Assembly: GCA_964194625.1 (NCBI GenBank)
Contig: CAXMNC010000202.1
Coordinates: 1,050-65,049 of the forward strand
Length of the DNA stretch: 64,000 bases
Origin: Acidiferrobacterales bacterium
Lineage (GTDB): Bacteria > Pseudomonadota > Gammaproteobacteria > Acidiferrobacterales > SPGG2
Reading direction: 5' to 3'
Each line of letters starts with the position of its first letter. The stretch's first letter is position 1. The position numbers and the translations under genes were made by a program. A model generated the notes under the pieces. That model ran no database searches, was not told the origin of the DNA, and saw only the letters and a list, made by a program, of their open reading frames with translations. Shown one piece after another: positions 37,144 through 47,430 of this stretch.

Positions 37144-38138
37144 CGTCGCAATCCCCCATGCAGACGAATCCTTGGGTCGAGCGTCGCCAAGGCCAAGTCC
37201 GAAAGAAACATACCAACAACGGTCAATAGCGATAGGAACATCAGGAATGAGCCGGCAAGATACATGTCCTGACTACGGAGCGCGTTCAATAGCATCGGCC
37301 CTGTCGTCGGCAGGGACAACACAATAGACACGATGGCAGCGCCGGAGACGACTTGCGGTAGCAAGTTTCCAATGTCGGCGATAAAGGGATTTAGCGCCAT
37401 GCGCAGTGGATATTTCATCAATAGCCGAAATGGAGGCAGACCTTTGGCGCGTCCCGTAATGACATATTGCTTTTGCAATTCATCGAGCAGGTTCGCCCGC
37501 AATCGTCGGATCATGCCCGCCGTACCCGATGTCCCGATGACAACAACGGGAATCCACAAGTGTTCGAGCACAGACAAAAACTTATCCCAGCTCATCGGCT
37601 GGCCGACATAGGCTTGGTCCATGAGTCCGCCAATAGAAGTGCCGAATACGGCATTGGCAACATAGAGCAATACCAACGCCAGCAGAAAGTTGGGTGTCGC
37701 CAGCCCTAGAAAGCCTAAGAATGTAAGCCCGTGATCAGTCCAGCTGTACTGATGTGTGGCTGAGTAGATCCCGATTGGAAATGCCACCACCCAAGTAAAT
37801 AAAATCGTAGAAAACGAGAGCAGAAACGACAGAAATAATCGATCACCGACGACCTCGGATACTGGCAAGTCGTATTCAAATGAATATCCGAAGTCGCCTT
37901 GCAGCATCCCAGTAAACCAAGTGAAGTACTGCACAATGAACGGCTTATCGAGACCGTATTGTTTACGGAGGAAGGCGACCTTTTCCTTGCTGGCGGTCTC
38001 TCCTTGGCTTTCGAGCTCGGCGATATAGCTAGTTAGATAATCGCCTTCTGGAAGTTGGATGATCCCAAAAATCAGAATGCTGATTACCAGCAGGGTGGGA
38101 ATCATTACCAACACTCGGCGGACCAAAAAATCGAACAT
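37140..38138 (-). CDS. ABC transporter permease (DppB/OppB/YejB-like)
   Basis: 332 aa. MFDFLVRRVLVMIPTLLVISILIFGIIQL is a typical OppB/DppB N-terminus, and YVITGRAKGLPPFRLLMKYPLR is the EAA loop. Confidence 0.85.
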   Translation of the reverse strand: MFDFLVRRVLVMIPTLLVISILIFGIIQLPEGDYLTSYIAELESQGETASKEKVAFLRKQYGLDKPFIVQYFTWFTGMLQGDFGYSFEYDLPVSEVVGDRLFLSFLLSFSTILFTWVVAFPIGIYSATHQYSWTDHGLTFLGFLGLATPNFLLALVLLYVANAVFGTSIGGLMDQAYVGQPMSWDKFLSVLEHLWIPVVVIGTSGTAGMIRRLRANLLDELQKQYVITGRAKGLPPFRLLMKYPLRMALNPFIADIGNLLPQVVSGAAIVSIVLSLPTTGPMLLNALRSQDMYLAGSFLMFLSLLTVVGMFLSDLALATLDPRIRLHGGLRR

Positions 38139-38195
38139 TCAACACCACCGCTGGCGGCACTCGTGCCGCGCCGTTATTGCCATTTGGAGATGGCC

Positions 38196-40124
38196 CTAGT
38201 TCTTGGCTTCCATTTGGGCGCCCGCAAACCAGAAGGTGTCGGGTTTGTAGATGCCAAAATATGCGCCGGGTTCCCAATTATAGACACCCTTTTGGGGCAC
38301 ATTATGTAGTCGCCGGCTAACCACCACTGGTTGCGGTACAGCGGCAACCAGGCCAATAGAGAACATCTGCTCGGTGTTAATCTCAAGCATCTGCCGCCAG
38401 ATTTCCTCGCGGGTGCGAAAATCGGATGCCTTTATCCAGGCTGCGTTAAGCTGTAGAAGTTTCTTCGCGGCTGGTAGGTCCACCGGCTCACCGGCAACGC
38501 CGCCAGTTTCGTAGAACTGGCCCCACTTTGGCCACTGTAGTTGTTGCTGGCTCGTCGGCGCTAGCGCTTGCGGACTGGTATTGGCCGTTGGTAGGGCATT
38601 CTCCAAGCCACCCCATACGGACATCAGAGTTTCGCCGGTGAAGACGCGATTGCGAAATACCTCTCGTTGTATGGGTTTGGAAAACAACTTTATACCTGCC
38701 TTCAACCAGCTATCGTGAATCAACTCCAGCACATCAGTCTGCTCGGTGTCCTCGCCCGCCGTTTCAATCACGATCACCATTGACCTTCCATCCGGGAGTA
38801 GCCGGATACCGCGGTTGTCACGCTTCGTTAGGCCCATCTCATCCAGCAATGCATTAGCAGTAGCAAGGTCAAATTGCGCCCAAGACGTGCGATATTCTGG
38901 ACGATAAAGTGGACCGCTGCCATGGACAGAATTATTGCCTTCGGTGGCGAGACCGTAATAGAGCACCTGATTGAGCTCGTGCCGATTGGTTGCCAGAGAC
39001 AAAGCGCGTCGGAAACGCACATCGCGAAAGAGTTTGCGCCACACCGTGTCATTGGCGTTCAGGTTAGGAAACAGGGCCACGTGTGCACCCTTTGTCGTTA
39101 CCCACAATCTTACTTCACTATTCGTGCGCTTCGCGCTTTTCTTCAGAAAGGTGTAGTCACCGAATTTTAGGTACCGTGCCTGTAGATCGCTTTCGCCAGC
39201 CCCTGTCTTAGCGGCAATCAGTTTGCCATCAGCAATATGCATAATTACACGATCGATATAGGGCAGTTGCTGTCCCTGAGAATCAATACGGTAGTAATAG
39301 GGGTTGCGCACAAATATAAAGCGTTCGGATGGCCCTCGCGTGGTATTTATCCATGGCTGCAGGGTCGGATAGTCGGGATTATTGTTTTTGTATGGCGCAT
39401 CCATGCGTGTGTGTAGTGCCGACCAAGCATGTTGGCCGGCGGCACGGACCTTCTTCGCTAACTCGGTTGCATCGGCATAGCGCACATGGAATTGCTTCAG
39501 ATAATGCGAAGGACAATAGATAAAAAACGGCCGCGAGCCCGCAAGCGCCGGCAAGAAAAACGGATTGGGCTTCTTCCAACTGTAACGTACAGTCAAGCTA
39601 TCGATCACTTCGAACTTAGGGGGTTCGCCGTCTACCAATAGCTCTTTGGATACGCCGAAGGGCGATAGGTCTGGATTGTTGGTAATGTCCTCCCAGTGAT
39701 AACGAAAGTTCTCGGTCGTAAATGGATGCCCGTCGGACCACTTGTGTCCCTTGCGAATATGAAATGTAAATACACGTCCAGCCTCGACATCAACGCGTTC
39801 GAGAATATCAGGGACGATCTCAAACTCTTCGTTATAGCCCACGAGCCGCGCGTAACCGTAGACAACCGCCATACGTACATCTTTGGTTCGCGCCATGAGC
39901 ATACGCAACTCACCGCCGTGCTGGCCTGTCGATTTATCGGCACTATCTAGCGCCACCACCATCGGGTTTTCAGGTAACCGCTGCTCAATGGGCGGTAGTT
40001 CACCGCGGGCAACCTGGTCCGCCAACGCTGGCGAATCGACGAAGCCCCCCGCCCCAACCCTTACCGGGTTTATGGCGAGCACCGTGGCAATGCAAAGTGC
40101 TAGCGATTGAGTTGACCTTATCAC
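38196..40124 (-). CDS. ABC transporter substrate-binding protein, family 5 (large, YejA/OppA-like)
   Basis: GTG 40124 overlaps the upstream TGA (GTGA), giving a 642-aa protein with a signal-peptide-like start [25 protein letters not shown]. The ORF extension to 40232 overlaps the ATPase gene. Confidence 0.85.
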   Translation of the reverse strand: MIRSTQSLALCIATVLAINPVRVGAGGFVDSPALADQVARGELPPIEQRLPENPMVVALDSADKSTGQHGGELRMLMARTKDVRMAVVYGYARLVGYNEEFEIVPDILERVDVEAGRVFTFHIRKGHKWSDGHPFTTENFRYHWEDITNNPDLSPFGVSKELLVDGEPPKFEVIDSLTVRYSWKKPNPFFLPALAGSRPFFIYCPSHYLKQFHVRYADATELAKKVRAAGQHAWSALHTRMDAPYKNNNPDYPTLQPWINTTRGPSERFIFVRNPYYYRIDSQGQQLPYIDRVIMHIADGKLIAAKTGAGESDLQARYLKFGDYTFLKKSAKRTNSEVRLWVTTKGAHVALFPNLNANDTVWRKLFRDVRFRRALSLATNRHELNQVLYYGLATEGNNSVHGSGPLYRPEYRTSWAQFDLATANALLDEMGLTKRDNRGIRLLPDGRSMVIVIETAGEDTEQTDVLELIHDSWLKAGIKLFSKPIQREVFRNRVFTGETLMSVWGGLENALPTANTSPQALAPTSQQQLQWPKWGQFYETGGVAGEPVDLPAAKKLLQLNAAWIKASDFRTREEIWRQMLEINTEQMFSIGLVAAVPQPVVVSRRLHNVPQKGVYNWEPGAYFGIYKPDTFWFAGAQMEAKN

Positions 40125-42046
40125 TGTTTCAATTCTGAAAGTAACGATCGGCGTGCGCGCACAAAATGCCCCTCTCCTAGATCGACAAACTCTGGTGGTG
40201 CAGTTCTCTCTACGCCAAATGGCGTCGGCCATGCGGCGGGATCAGATACCCGACCTTCCATCAAGGCAGCGAGATCGAGCTTTTGGCTTAGATCAGTGCG
40301 TGGAACGGCCGCCAGCAATCCACGGGTATAAGGATGTACTGGGTCGCGAAACAGAATCTCACGCGGCGCGACCTCCACCAAATACCCGGCGCACATCACG
40401 GCAATGCGGTCTGCCATATAGTCTACGACGGCTAAATTGTGCGAAATAAAGAGATAGGTCAACCCCAACTCTGCCTGCAGGTCTTTCAGTAGGTTTAGGA
40501 TCTGCGCCTGCACCGATACATCCAGCGCCGACACCGGTTCATCACAGATTAACAAGTCTGGGTTTAGCGCAAGCGCCCGCGCTATCCCAATGCGTTGCCT
40601 CTGGCCTCCCGAAAAGCTATGTGGATAGCGCGACAGAAAGCGTGGATCAAGGCCAACCTGGCACATCAACTCTTTGACAATACCCACTCGGCGTTCGCGA
40701 CTACAGACATCATGTATGGTGAGGGGCTCACTAACGATGTCATACACAGTCATACGTGGATTTAGCGAGCCAAAGGGATCTTGGAATATAAACTGAATCT
40801 TTCGTCGAAACGCGATAAGTTCCGAATCACGCAGGGACGTCAGGCATTCAACCTTGCCGCGATTGTTATAAAGGACTTCACCTGCATCAGGTTCAATTGC
40901 GCACATAATAATCTTACTCAAAGTGGTCTTACCGCAGCCACTTTCTCCTACGAGTCCCAGGCATTCCCCGCGCTTTATCGAAAAACTGACGTCGCTAAGC
41001 GCCTGCACGTAAAACGTGGGCGCCCTAGCGAAAAGCGCACCCTTTCGAATTCCGAAGCATTTGCTGACGTTCTTCACTTGCAGCAATGGACCGGCAGCAT
41101 CCGCATCCGCATCCGCCGGCCACGATTCTCGATCCGTTAGGTACCCACCAGCCTCATGTTTCACCTCCCGGATAGGGGTCAAGCGCTCGTTGGCCTTCAT
41201 ACCGATCCGCGGGACGGCGCGCATGAGTGACTTTAGGTAGGGATGTTGGGGATCAGAAAAAACACTTGTCAGGCTACCGCGCTCCATCACTTTACCGTGA
41301 TAGATAACGACTACCTCCTCGGCCATATTGGCGACCACGCCAAGATCATGCGTGATGAGCAACACGGTCATGCCGAGTTTAGCCTGTAGGTTTTTTATAA
41401 GGCTGAGTATTTGTGCTTGCACTGTAACGTCGAGCGCGGTGGTGGGTTCATCTGCGATCAGCAACGCCGGGTGACATACAAGCGCCATTGCGATCATGGC
41501 CCGTTGGCGCAGTCCGCCAGAAAGCTCAAACGAGTATGTATCTAGTCCGCGCTGCGGATCAGGAAAACCGACCATGCCCAACATCTCAACCACGAGTCGG
41601 CGTGCTTCTACGCGATCGACATCACGGTGTAGTAACAATGCCTCCGTAACCTGATCTCCAATCGTGTGCAATGGCGACAACGAAGTCATGGGTTCTTGAA
41701 ATATCATGGAAATCCGACCACCGCGGATCGCTCGCATCTGCGCACCGCTGGGATTCATACCCGCTATGTCACAAGTGCCATTCCCGTTTGTCGTCGAGTA
41801 ACCTTTGCCCTGGCGCTGGGGATCATTGAATAGAATTTCACCGGTGGTAATACGCGCAGATTTCGGCAATATGCCCATGATGGTCTGTGCTATCACCGAC
41901 TTACCCGAGCCGGACTCGCCGACTAGGGCCACGGCAGCACCCTCACGAATGTCGAAAGAGACACCGTCAACAGCACGAATGACATCGCGACTGTGTAGCA
42001 CAAACTCAATTTTGAGGTCGCAAACTTGTAGCAACGGATTAGTCAT
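40121..42046 (-). CDS. Fused double ABC ATPase (DppD-DppF / YejF-like)
   Basis: Two complete cassettes: GESGSGKS...[15 protein letters not shown]...[12 protein letters not shown] and GESGCGKT...[15 protein letters not shown]...[12 protein letters not shown]. Start ATG 42046 ([15 protein letters not shown]). Confidence 0.9.
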   Translation of the reverse strand: MTNPLLQVCDLKIEFVLHSRDVIRAVDGVSFDIREGAAVALVGESGSGKSVIAQTIMGILPKSARITTGEILFNDPQRQGKGYSTTNGNGTCDIAGMNPSGAQMRAIRGGRISMIFQEPMTSLSPLHTIGDQVTEALLLHRDVDRVEARRLVVEMLGMVGFPDPQRGLDTYSFELSGGLRQRAMIAMALVCHPALLIADEPTTALDVTVQAQILSLIKNLQAKLGMTVLLITHDLGVVANMAEEVVVIYHGKVMERGSLTSVFSDPQHPYLKSLMRAVPRIGMKANERLTPIREVKHEAGGYLTDRESWPADADADAAGPLLQVKNVSKCFGIRKGALFARAPTFYVQALSDVSFSIKRGECLGLVGESGCGKTTLSKIIMCAIEPDAGEVLYNNRGKVECLTSLRDSELIAFRRKIQFIFQDPFGSLNPRMTVYDIVSEPLTIHDVCSRERRVGIVKELMCQVGLDPRFLSRYPHSFSGGQRQRIGIARALALNPDLLICDEPVSALDVSVQAQILNLLKDLQAELGLTYLFISHNLAVVDYMADRIAVMCAGYLVEVAPREILFRDPVHPYTRGLLAAVPRTDLSQKLDLAALMEGRVSDPAAWPTPFGVERTAPPEFVDLGEGHFVRARRSLLSELKQ

Positions 42047-42548
42047 TCGAATGCACCGGTGGCTGCTTGATGGTGCCATCTACATCAATACCAAGGGCGG
42101 CAAGATTGCTTGCCGTGGTTCGGCTCAATAATAGGTCGTTAGCATGGGCGCTAGTAGCGGCAAGACGGGCGATGTCTTGGAACCCTTCGAGTCGGGAATC
42201 CAACTTGAGCCGTTTGTTGTCGCTCCTGAGGGCCATTTGCATCCACCCCGATGATGATTCCTTGCGCGTCGAGTAGTACTCCAGCTTCAGCTCCGTTAGC
42301 TCCTCCCAATTTAAGCGAGTTGCACCGGGTTTGGCTGAGATCTCATTGTGGTCCACGGTGATACGCCGTCGATGACAAAGTATGGTGTGCATCCCATAAC
42401 CGAAAAACAATGCGGCCAGCAGTAACAGAATGATCAATGGTACAAGCGTCAGCGAGACCAGTAACACTGGCACGACCGTAAGAATCAACCCCGCTCCCGC
42501 CCGGACATAGTCGCCGGCGAGGCGATTCGGCGGGTAACGATAGGTCAT
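42039..42548 (-). CDS. Small membrane protein: two TM helices + PH-like soluble domain (hypothetical)
   Basis: 169 aa from ATG 42548 (ATGA overlap with the upstream stop). AGLILTVVPVLLVSLTLVPLIILLLLAALFFGYGM forms a hairpin of two helices. This is followed by RRRITVDHNEISAKPG...LKLEYY...MALRSDNKRLKL, reminiscent of bacterial PH (YdbS/T-like) domains. Confidence 0.55.
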   Translation of the reverse strand: MTYRYPPNRLAGDYVRAGAGLILTVVPVLLVSLTLVPLIILLLLAALFFGYGMHTILCHRRRITVDHNEISAKPGATRLNWEELTELKLEYYSTRKESSSGWMQMALRSDNKRLKLDSRLEGFQDIARLAATSAHANDLLLSRTTASNLAALGIDVDGTIKQPPVHSND

Positions 42549-43309
42549 TCTGTCCACATAGCCTCCCGGGCGTTTAGCCAACGTACAGCCGGGTGCATCT
42601 GTGTTCGTTCCAGGAATCGTTCCAGAAATTCCCAGCACCCTGGATCATGGTCCAGATGGTGGGTCAATAATCCCGTAGGTTCAGTTTCGTCGGCGCCACG
42701 CTCACGTCGCGCGTTGAGATGCGCCACCGTTTCGGCCAGTGCCTTATCCAGCCCGACAAAACGGCAGGTGCGACGCCAGTTGATAAGATCAATGTGACAA
42801 TTCACCTGGCGCAGGCCCGGCACGGCTTCCGCCGCCGCGCGCGGCCGAAAGGTAGACAGGCCTATTAAACCAAGATTTGGTAACTCCGACAAAAGTGCTG
42901 TATCTATTCGGTTCCACGGCGGCACCAGGATAGGTAAGGCTCGGTCCGAGAAAAGCTTTGATAGCCGGTCGCGGCCGCCAGTTAGTTCGGCGATGACACG
43001 ATCATGCGCACGGTATCGATCAAATTCGGTCGCTTTCGCACCGGCCGGGGCATGGTTACGGTGCGCATAGCCATGTTGCAACACGCTGACGTCCGGACAA
43101 CCCTCAAGTGTTTGCGGCAGCGCCGGGCTCGCTTTCGTTGGAACCACGGCAAGCGCCACTGGGACGTCCATATCTACGCTAAGGCCCAGTAGACGATCGA
43201 GCGACGGCGTACTATCCACCGCGTCGTCGTCGCGCCACCAGAAGGTGGCCATTCGGCTCGATTCGGCCCAACGGTCTAATTCGTTATCGAGTGCGGCCCA
43301 GCTGCACAT
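42545..43309 (-). CDS. Polysaccharide deacetylase-like protein (NodB/DUF2334-like)
   Basis: 254 aa. FWWRDDDAV (TFDDG-like metal/catalytic Asp motif) and LQHGYAHRNH (HxxxH-like). The alternative start at 43252 would remove the 34-nt overlap with the upstream gene. Confidence 0.55.
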   Translation of the reverse strand: MCSWAALDNELDRWAESSRMATFWWRDDDAVDSTPSLDRLLGLSVDMDVPVALAVVPTKASPALPQTLEGCPDVSVLQHGYAHRNHAPAGAKATEFDRYRAHDRVIAELTGGRDRLSKLFSDRALPILVPPWNRIDTALLSELPNLGLIGLSTFRPRAAAEAVPGLRQVNCHIDLINWRRTCRFVGLDKALAETVAHLNARRERGADETEPTGLLTHHLDHDPGCWEFLERFLERTQMHPAVRWLNAREAMWTE

Positions 43310-44457
43310 AACAAAACATCTCCGAAAAAATGGTTTTTCACAAGCCGTGCCGTAGTTAACGCCCCGCTCATATCGATTGTCGACAATTGGCGGGCAGGGG
43401 CGCTGTTGGCAGCATCGATCGCTTGCGCGAGTCGTGCGGGTGTTAGCGCATCGTCGGTCACGACCTCGATTAGACCATGCAATGCCAACATACGTGCGCG
43501 CACGGCTTGTTCTTGTTCTCGTTCGTCTGCATAGGGCACGATGACCGCGCGTGCGCCGGCAGCAAGAACCTCTAGCATCGTATTGTAACCACCTTGGGAA
43601 ACAGAAACTGCGCAGTTTCTAAGCAGTACGGGGAAGTCAGTACGATTCCGTTCAACCACCAGGCCGGTATCGGCCTGTGCCTTTAAATTTGCAAATCGTT
43701 GCGGCGAAAGATTGGGACCGACCAAGATGCGCCAAGGTGCCTTTGCTAACACGGAAAGTGGCCGGGCCTCGATCGCAGTACGCAAGACATGCTCGCCGAA
43801 GGCACCGCCGCCTGCCGACACAATGACCTCAGCGCTACCAAGGTCGCTTGTTGGTTTTGGAGCATCACGCGCCTTGACGTATCCCGTGTAACGTAGTTTG
43901 TGCTCGATTTGATGTGCGAGCGGAAAGGTGGTGTCGAATGGCACAAACTTTGGGTCACTGTGCACAAGCACAAGATCAAAATAGCGATCGACTAAATCGA
44001 CAATCTCCTCATTGCGACCAGGCCTACGCTTTGCCTCCAGTACGTCTCGTACCGAGCAGACGACGCGCGGGCGTGGCCGCCGCTCATAAGCCGCCTCCAG
44101 CAAAGGCAACAACTCAAACCGCAATAGGCCTCGACCAAATGGAAATGTCTCGATCAGTAACACATCCGGCTGGCATCGTGCGAATGCTGTAAGCAGCACA
44201 TCTCGCCGCCTGCTTTTCCAACCATCATCCACCGGCCACCCTTCTTCATCGACTAATGTCTGGTAGTGCATATCATCCGCGCGTACAGCCGGAAGTTGTA
44301 CGAACGTCTCACAGCCGGGATCCAAGCCCGGAATGGGTAGCCCACCAGATACGTAAATCACATCAACACCAAGCTTGCGCAGCGCACGGCTAATAGCTGC
44401 AACTCGCCACTGGTGGCCGGTACCCATCAGGTGCTGCACGTAACACATGACCTTCAT
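43276..44457 (-). CDS. GT-B glycosyltransferase, MurG/GT28-C-terminal-like (COG4671-like), paralog 2
   Basis: 393 aa. N-terminal VQHLMGTGHQWRVAAISRAL and C-terminal VSQGGYNTMLEVLAAGARAVIVP parallel the motifs of the 47431-48654 product. Confidence 0.7.
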   Translation of the reverse strand: MKVMCYVQHLMGTGHQWRVAAISRALRKLGVDVIYVSGGLPIPGLDPGCETFVQLPAVRADDMHYQTLVDEEGWPVDDGWKSRRRDVLLTAFARCQPDVLLIETFPFGRGLLRFELLPLLEAAYERRPRPRVVCSVRDVLEAKRRPGRNEEIVDLVDRYFDLVLVHSDPKFVPFDTTFPLAHQIEHKLRYTGYVKARDAPKPTSDLGSAEVIVSAGGGAFGEHVLRTAIEARPLSVLAKAPWRILVGPNLSPQRFANLKAQADTGLVVERNRTDFPVLLRNCAVSVSQGGYNTMLEVLAAGARAVIVPYADEREQEQAVRARMLALHGLIEVVTDDALTPARLAQAIDAANSAPARQLSTIDMSGALTTARLVKNHFFGDVLLCAAGPHSITN

Positions 44458-45044
44458 TGCTGCACCAACCGGATGTTATATCGCTCCAGACTAAGTTTTC
44501 CGTTGCCGGACAGCCCAAACAGGTGAGCCCTGTCCCACTTCAAACGATGTATGGACTTTTCAGCCATGTCCCAACCGGTCGCAAGTGCCAGGGCAGCGCG
44601 TATCACTCCCTTGTGGGTTACCGCGATAACCGCGTGTCCAGTTTCCCGGACATCACCGACCCAATCTTGCAAACGTAGCTGCACCATTCTCGGGCTTTCC
44701 CCCTGGGGCGGCCGAAAATCCAGACCGCGAGCCTCATTCTCGGCCATATCAGCCCCATTCGCCGATCGCAACTCGGCTAATGTATGGCCCTCCCATGTAC
44801 CCCAATTCATTTCGGTCAATCGCGGCTCTGCCTGCACACTCGACGCGCCCAGTAGTTTTGCCGTTCCCATAGCCCGAGACAACGGACTAGCTGTCCATTG
44901 ATAGTCACGGAATTCTGCCGGTAGCGACCAAGTCGATACTTCCGCGCGCCCAGCGTCGCTCAATTCGATATCGGCCTGACCTTGAATCCGACCCTCCGCA
45001 TTCCAAACCGTCGGGCCATGGCGAATAAACAGCAACGGAATCAT
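44454..45044 (-). CDS. Histidine phosphatase family protein (phosphoglycerate-mutase-like)
   Basis: 196 aa. It has the LFIRHGPTVWNAEGRIQG (RHG) motif and a second catalytic His in AVTHKGVIRA. There are 4-nt overlaps with both neighbours. Confidence 0.8.
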   Translation of the reverse strand: MIPLLFIRHGPTVWNAEGRIQGQADIELSDAGRAEVSTWSLPAEFRDYQWTASPLSRAMGTAKLLGASSVQAEPRLTEMNWGTWEGHTLAELRSANGADMAENEARGLDFRPPQGESPRMVQLRLQDWVGDVRETGHAVIAVTHKGVIRAALALATGWDMAEKSIHRLKWDRAHLFGLSGNGKLSLERYNIRLVQQ

Positions 45045-46180
45045 GGTCTACACAGGCTTTGGATGACTCGATTTATGGTCTCGGTCGCGCTCGTCAAACC
45101 ATGCGCGCGCGCGGCGAGATCCCGTGCCGCTAGACCCATCTGTCGAATCCTTGCTGGATCTTGCAAAAGCGAACCCAAGGCGCTGGCAAATGCCCGTACA
45201 TCACTCGGCGGGACAATCACACCGCTTTGATCATGACGGACAATATCGGCAACCCCCACCGTATGCCCCACCACCGCCGCCATCCCGGCCGCCTGTGATT
45301 CCAACAGCGCCATGCCAAACGCCTCGTTGACGGCTGGCCAAACAAAAATGTCAGCCGCAGCATAAAATGGCAACAACGACTCCGGCGACTGCAACCCGGC
45401 AAATACGACACGATCCCCGGATTCCCTGAAGGCGGCTTCTACCGCTAGGCGCGCATCGCCGTCCCCTACAATGAGTAAGCGCCACGGTCGATCGGCAAGC
45501 TCCCTTAGTGCCACGCCAAGCATTTGATAGGAGGCTAGCTTGTCACCTTCGCGCATCATCGCTACTGCCAACAACCACGGGACCTCAGAATCCAAATCGA
45601 ACCTTTGTGCTAGCGCGCGTCGGCACTCGCCACGATCACCGTTGACGGCATAACGTGACGTGTCTACGAAAGGGCCGAGATGCACTAATTGCTTAGGATC
45701 CTTGAGTAGTGGACGTACACAGTCAATATCTTTGGAATTAAGAGCAAGCACGGCATCGGCATGAGCAATGGCATGGCCCACCGCATCATGACCTATGCGC
45801 CACGGCCCGCCGGATTGTTTCGGTGCATAACAAGTCTCCGCCACAACATAAGGGATACCGAGCCCCTGGCTCACCCTTGGACCCAGCCAATCGGGCGCCT
45901 TATGGTAAAGATGGTAGGTAAACCACATGGCAGGACGATGTGTCGGCGGCTCCATTCTGTAACGCCGCAATAGCCGATCAGCGAGGCGTGTGCCGATACG
46001 ACATAAGCGCTGCTGCCGGCAGCTATCACCCTTCCCCTCCCAAGTACGAAAGCGGGAAGCTAGGTGCACATCGTGACCGGCTTCGACCAAGACCCGCTTG
46101 AATAGACGCGCTATCTCCCGGTCGCCGGAAGGCACCGAATCCATCGGTGGTTTCATCGGCGCATAATAGGCGATCTTCAC
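45041..46180 (-). CDS. Glycosyltransferase family 4/1 (GT-B)
   Basis: 379 aa. MKIAYYAPMKPP...PSGDREIAR N-terminus and the C-terminal donor-binding signature EAFGMALLESQAAGMAAVVGHTVGVADIV. Confidence 0.8.
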   Translation of the reverse strand: MKIAYYAPMKPPMDSVPSGDREIARLFKRVLVEAGHDVHLASRFRTWEGKGDSCRQQRLCRIGTRLADRLLRRYRMEPPTHRPAMWFTYHLYHKAPDWLGPRVSQGLGIPYVVAETCYAPKQSGGPWRIGHDAVGHAIAHADAVLALNSKDIDCVRPLLKDPKQLVHLGPFVDTSRYAVNGDRGECRRALAQRFDLDSEVPWLLAVAMMREGDKLASYQMLGVALRELADRPWRLLIVGDGDARLAVEAAFRESGDRVVFAGLQSPESLLPFYAAADIFVWPAVNEAFGMALLESQAAGMAAVVGHTVGVADIVRHDQSGVIVPPSDVRAFASALGSLLQDPARIRQMGLAARDLAARAHGLTSATETINRVIQSLCRP

Positions 46181-47421
46181 GACTCTGAGCCTTGTAGCGA
46201 AAGTTGAAACTTGGCTACCAATCGACCCGCGTTACCTTCAAAGGAAAAATGTTCGCGCACGCGTCGATATCCGGCAGCGCCCAGTTGCACACGCGTACTA
46301 GGTTCTACGATCAACCGCTCCAGCGCGTCACACAGTGCCCTCGAATCCCCCTCCGAAACAAGTAGACCGGTTTGACCATGGTCGATAAGTTCCGGTATGG
46401 CGGAAACCCGGGTAGCAACACAAGCCAAGCCTTGGCTCTGCGCCTCCACGAGTACGTTTGGCAGTCCGTCTCGATCACCATCACGCGCAACCCGGCACGC
46501 CAAGGCAAATATGTCAGCCTTGCCATATTGCCGTAGTACTTCATCGTGGGGTTGTGGTCCCAACCACGAGATCCTGTCTTCAAGACCACTGGCTTTGGCT
46601 TGTGCCATTAGCCGTGGCAGCAACGGCCCGCCGCCGACATGCACAAAACGCCAGTTCAGTTCGGCCGGCAGCGCCGCCAACGCCGCGAGTAAATCAGCAT
46701 AACCCTTTTTTTCGACGGTGCGACCGACTGACAAAATCGTCACCGACTTGCCGTTAGTAAGGCCGTCGTACCGGGAACATTGTCGATCGGGCGTTGGAAA
46801 GCGTTTGAAATCTACACCGTGATAAAGGAGTTCCACCTGTTCTGCCGCCGGTGCTAACTTACAAAGATGGTCACGATTGACAGACGTACAAGTCACCACC
46901 CAATGACACTCTGCTAGTTTCTCGCGCTTCTCCCAATCTGGGCTTGTCCAAATATCTCGTGCATGGGCAGAGCAACTCCAACGCAGGCCGCTTATTAGAC
47001 TTGCGTAACGCACCACCGATGCGGGCGTATGTAGAAAATGAGCATGAAGATGTCCTACCTCACCCGGCAGTTCTCGCGCCAGCACCAGCGCTTGTCCGAA
47101 TCGCCGCACCCGATTAGGCGTTGGATCACGCCGCAGGTCGCGCAACCAAGCCCGCAACGCTCTGCGATATCCGGGGTAGCATCTGGCCGCGCGCCAACCC
47201 CGCCAAACACGGCGCGGTTGTCGATAGAGATACTCAGGCAAGTAGTTGACCGGCGCCCTAATCTCGCGATGCAGCGGGTGCACCGACCGGTCTGTCGGGT
47301 TACGAAGGGAAATGATGCGAATATCTAACGCATGCGCCTCCAGAGCGCGAATCTCCTGCGCAATGAAGGCCTCGGATAATCGCGGATAACCCTTAACTAC
47401 GAAAGCGACAGCACGACGCAC
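46177..47421 (-). CDS. Glycosyltransferase family 4/1 (GT-B)
   Basis: 414 aa. DGLPNVLVEAQSQGLACVATRVSAIPELIDHGQTGLLV is a classic GT4 EX7E region. Confidence 0.8.
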   Translation of the reverse strand: MRRAVAFVVKGYPRLSEAFIAQEIRALEAHALDIRIISLRNPTDRSVHPLHREIRAPVNYLPEYLYRQPRRVWRGWRAARCYPGYRRALRAWLRDLRRDPTPNRVRRFGQALVLARELPGEVGHLHAHFLHTPASVVRYASLISGLRWSCSAHARDIWTSPDWEKREKLAECHWVVTCTSVNRDHLCKLAPAAEQVELLYHGVDFKRFPTPDRQCSRYDGLTNGKSVTILSVGRTVEKKGYADLLAALAALPAELNWRFVHVGGGPLLPRLMAQAKASGLEDRISWLGPQPHDEVLRQYGKADIFALACRVARDGDRDGLPNVLVEAQSQGLACVATRVSAIPELIDHGQTGLLVSEGDSRALCDALERLIVEPSTRVQLGAAGYRRVREHFSFEGNAGRLVAKFQLSLQGSES

Positions 47422-47430
47422 AGCTGCACA

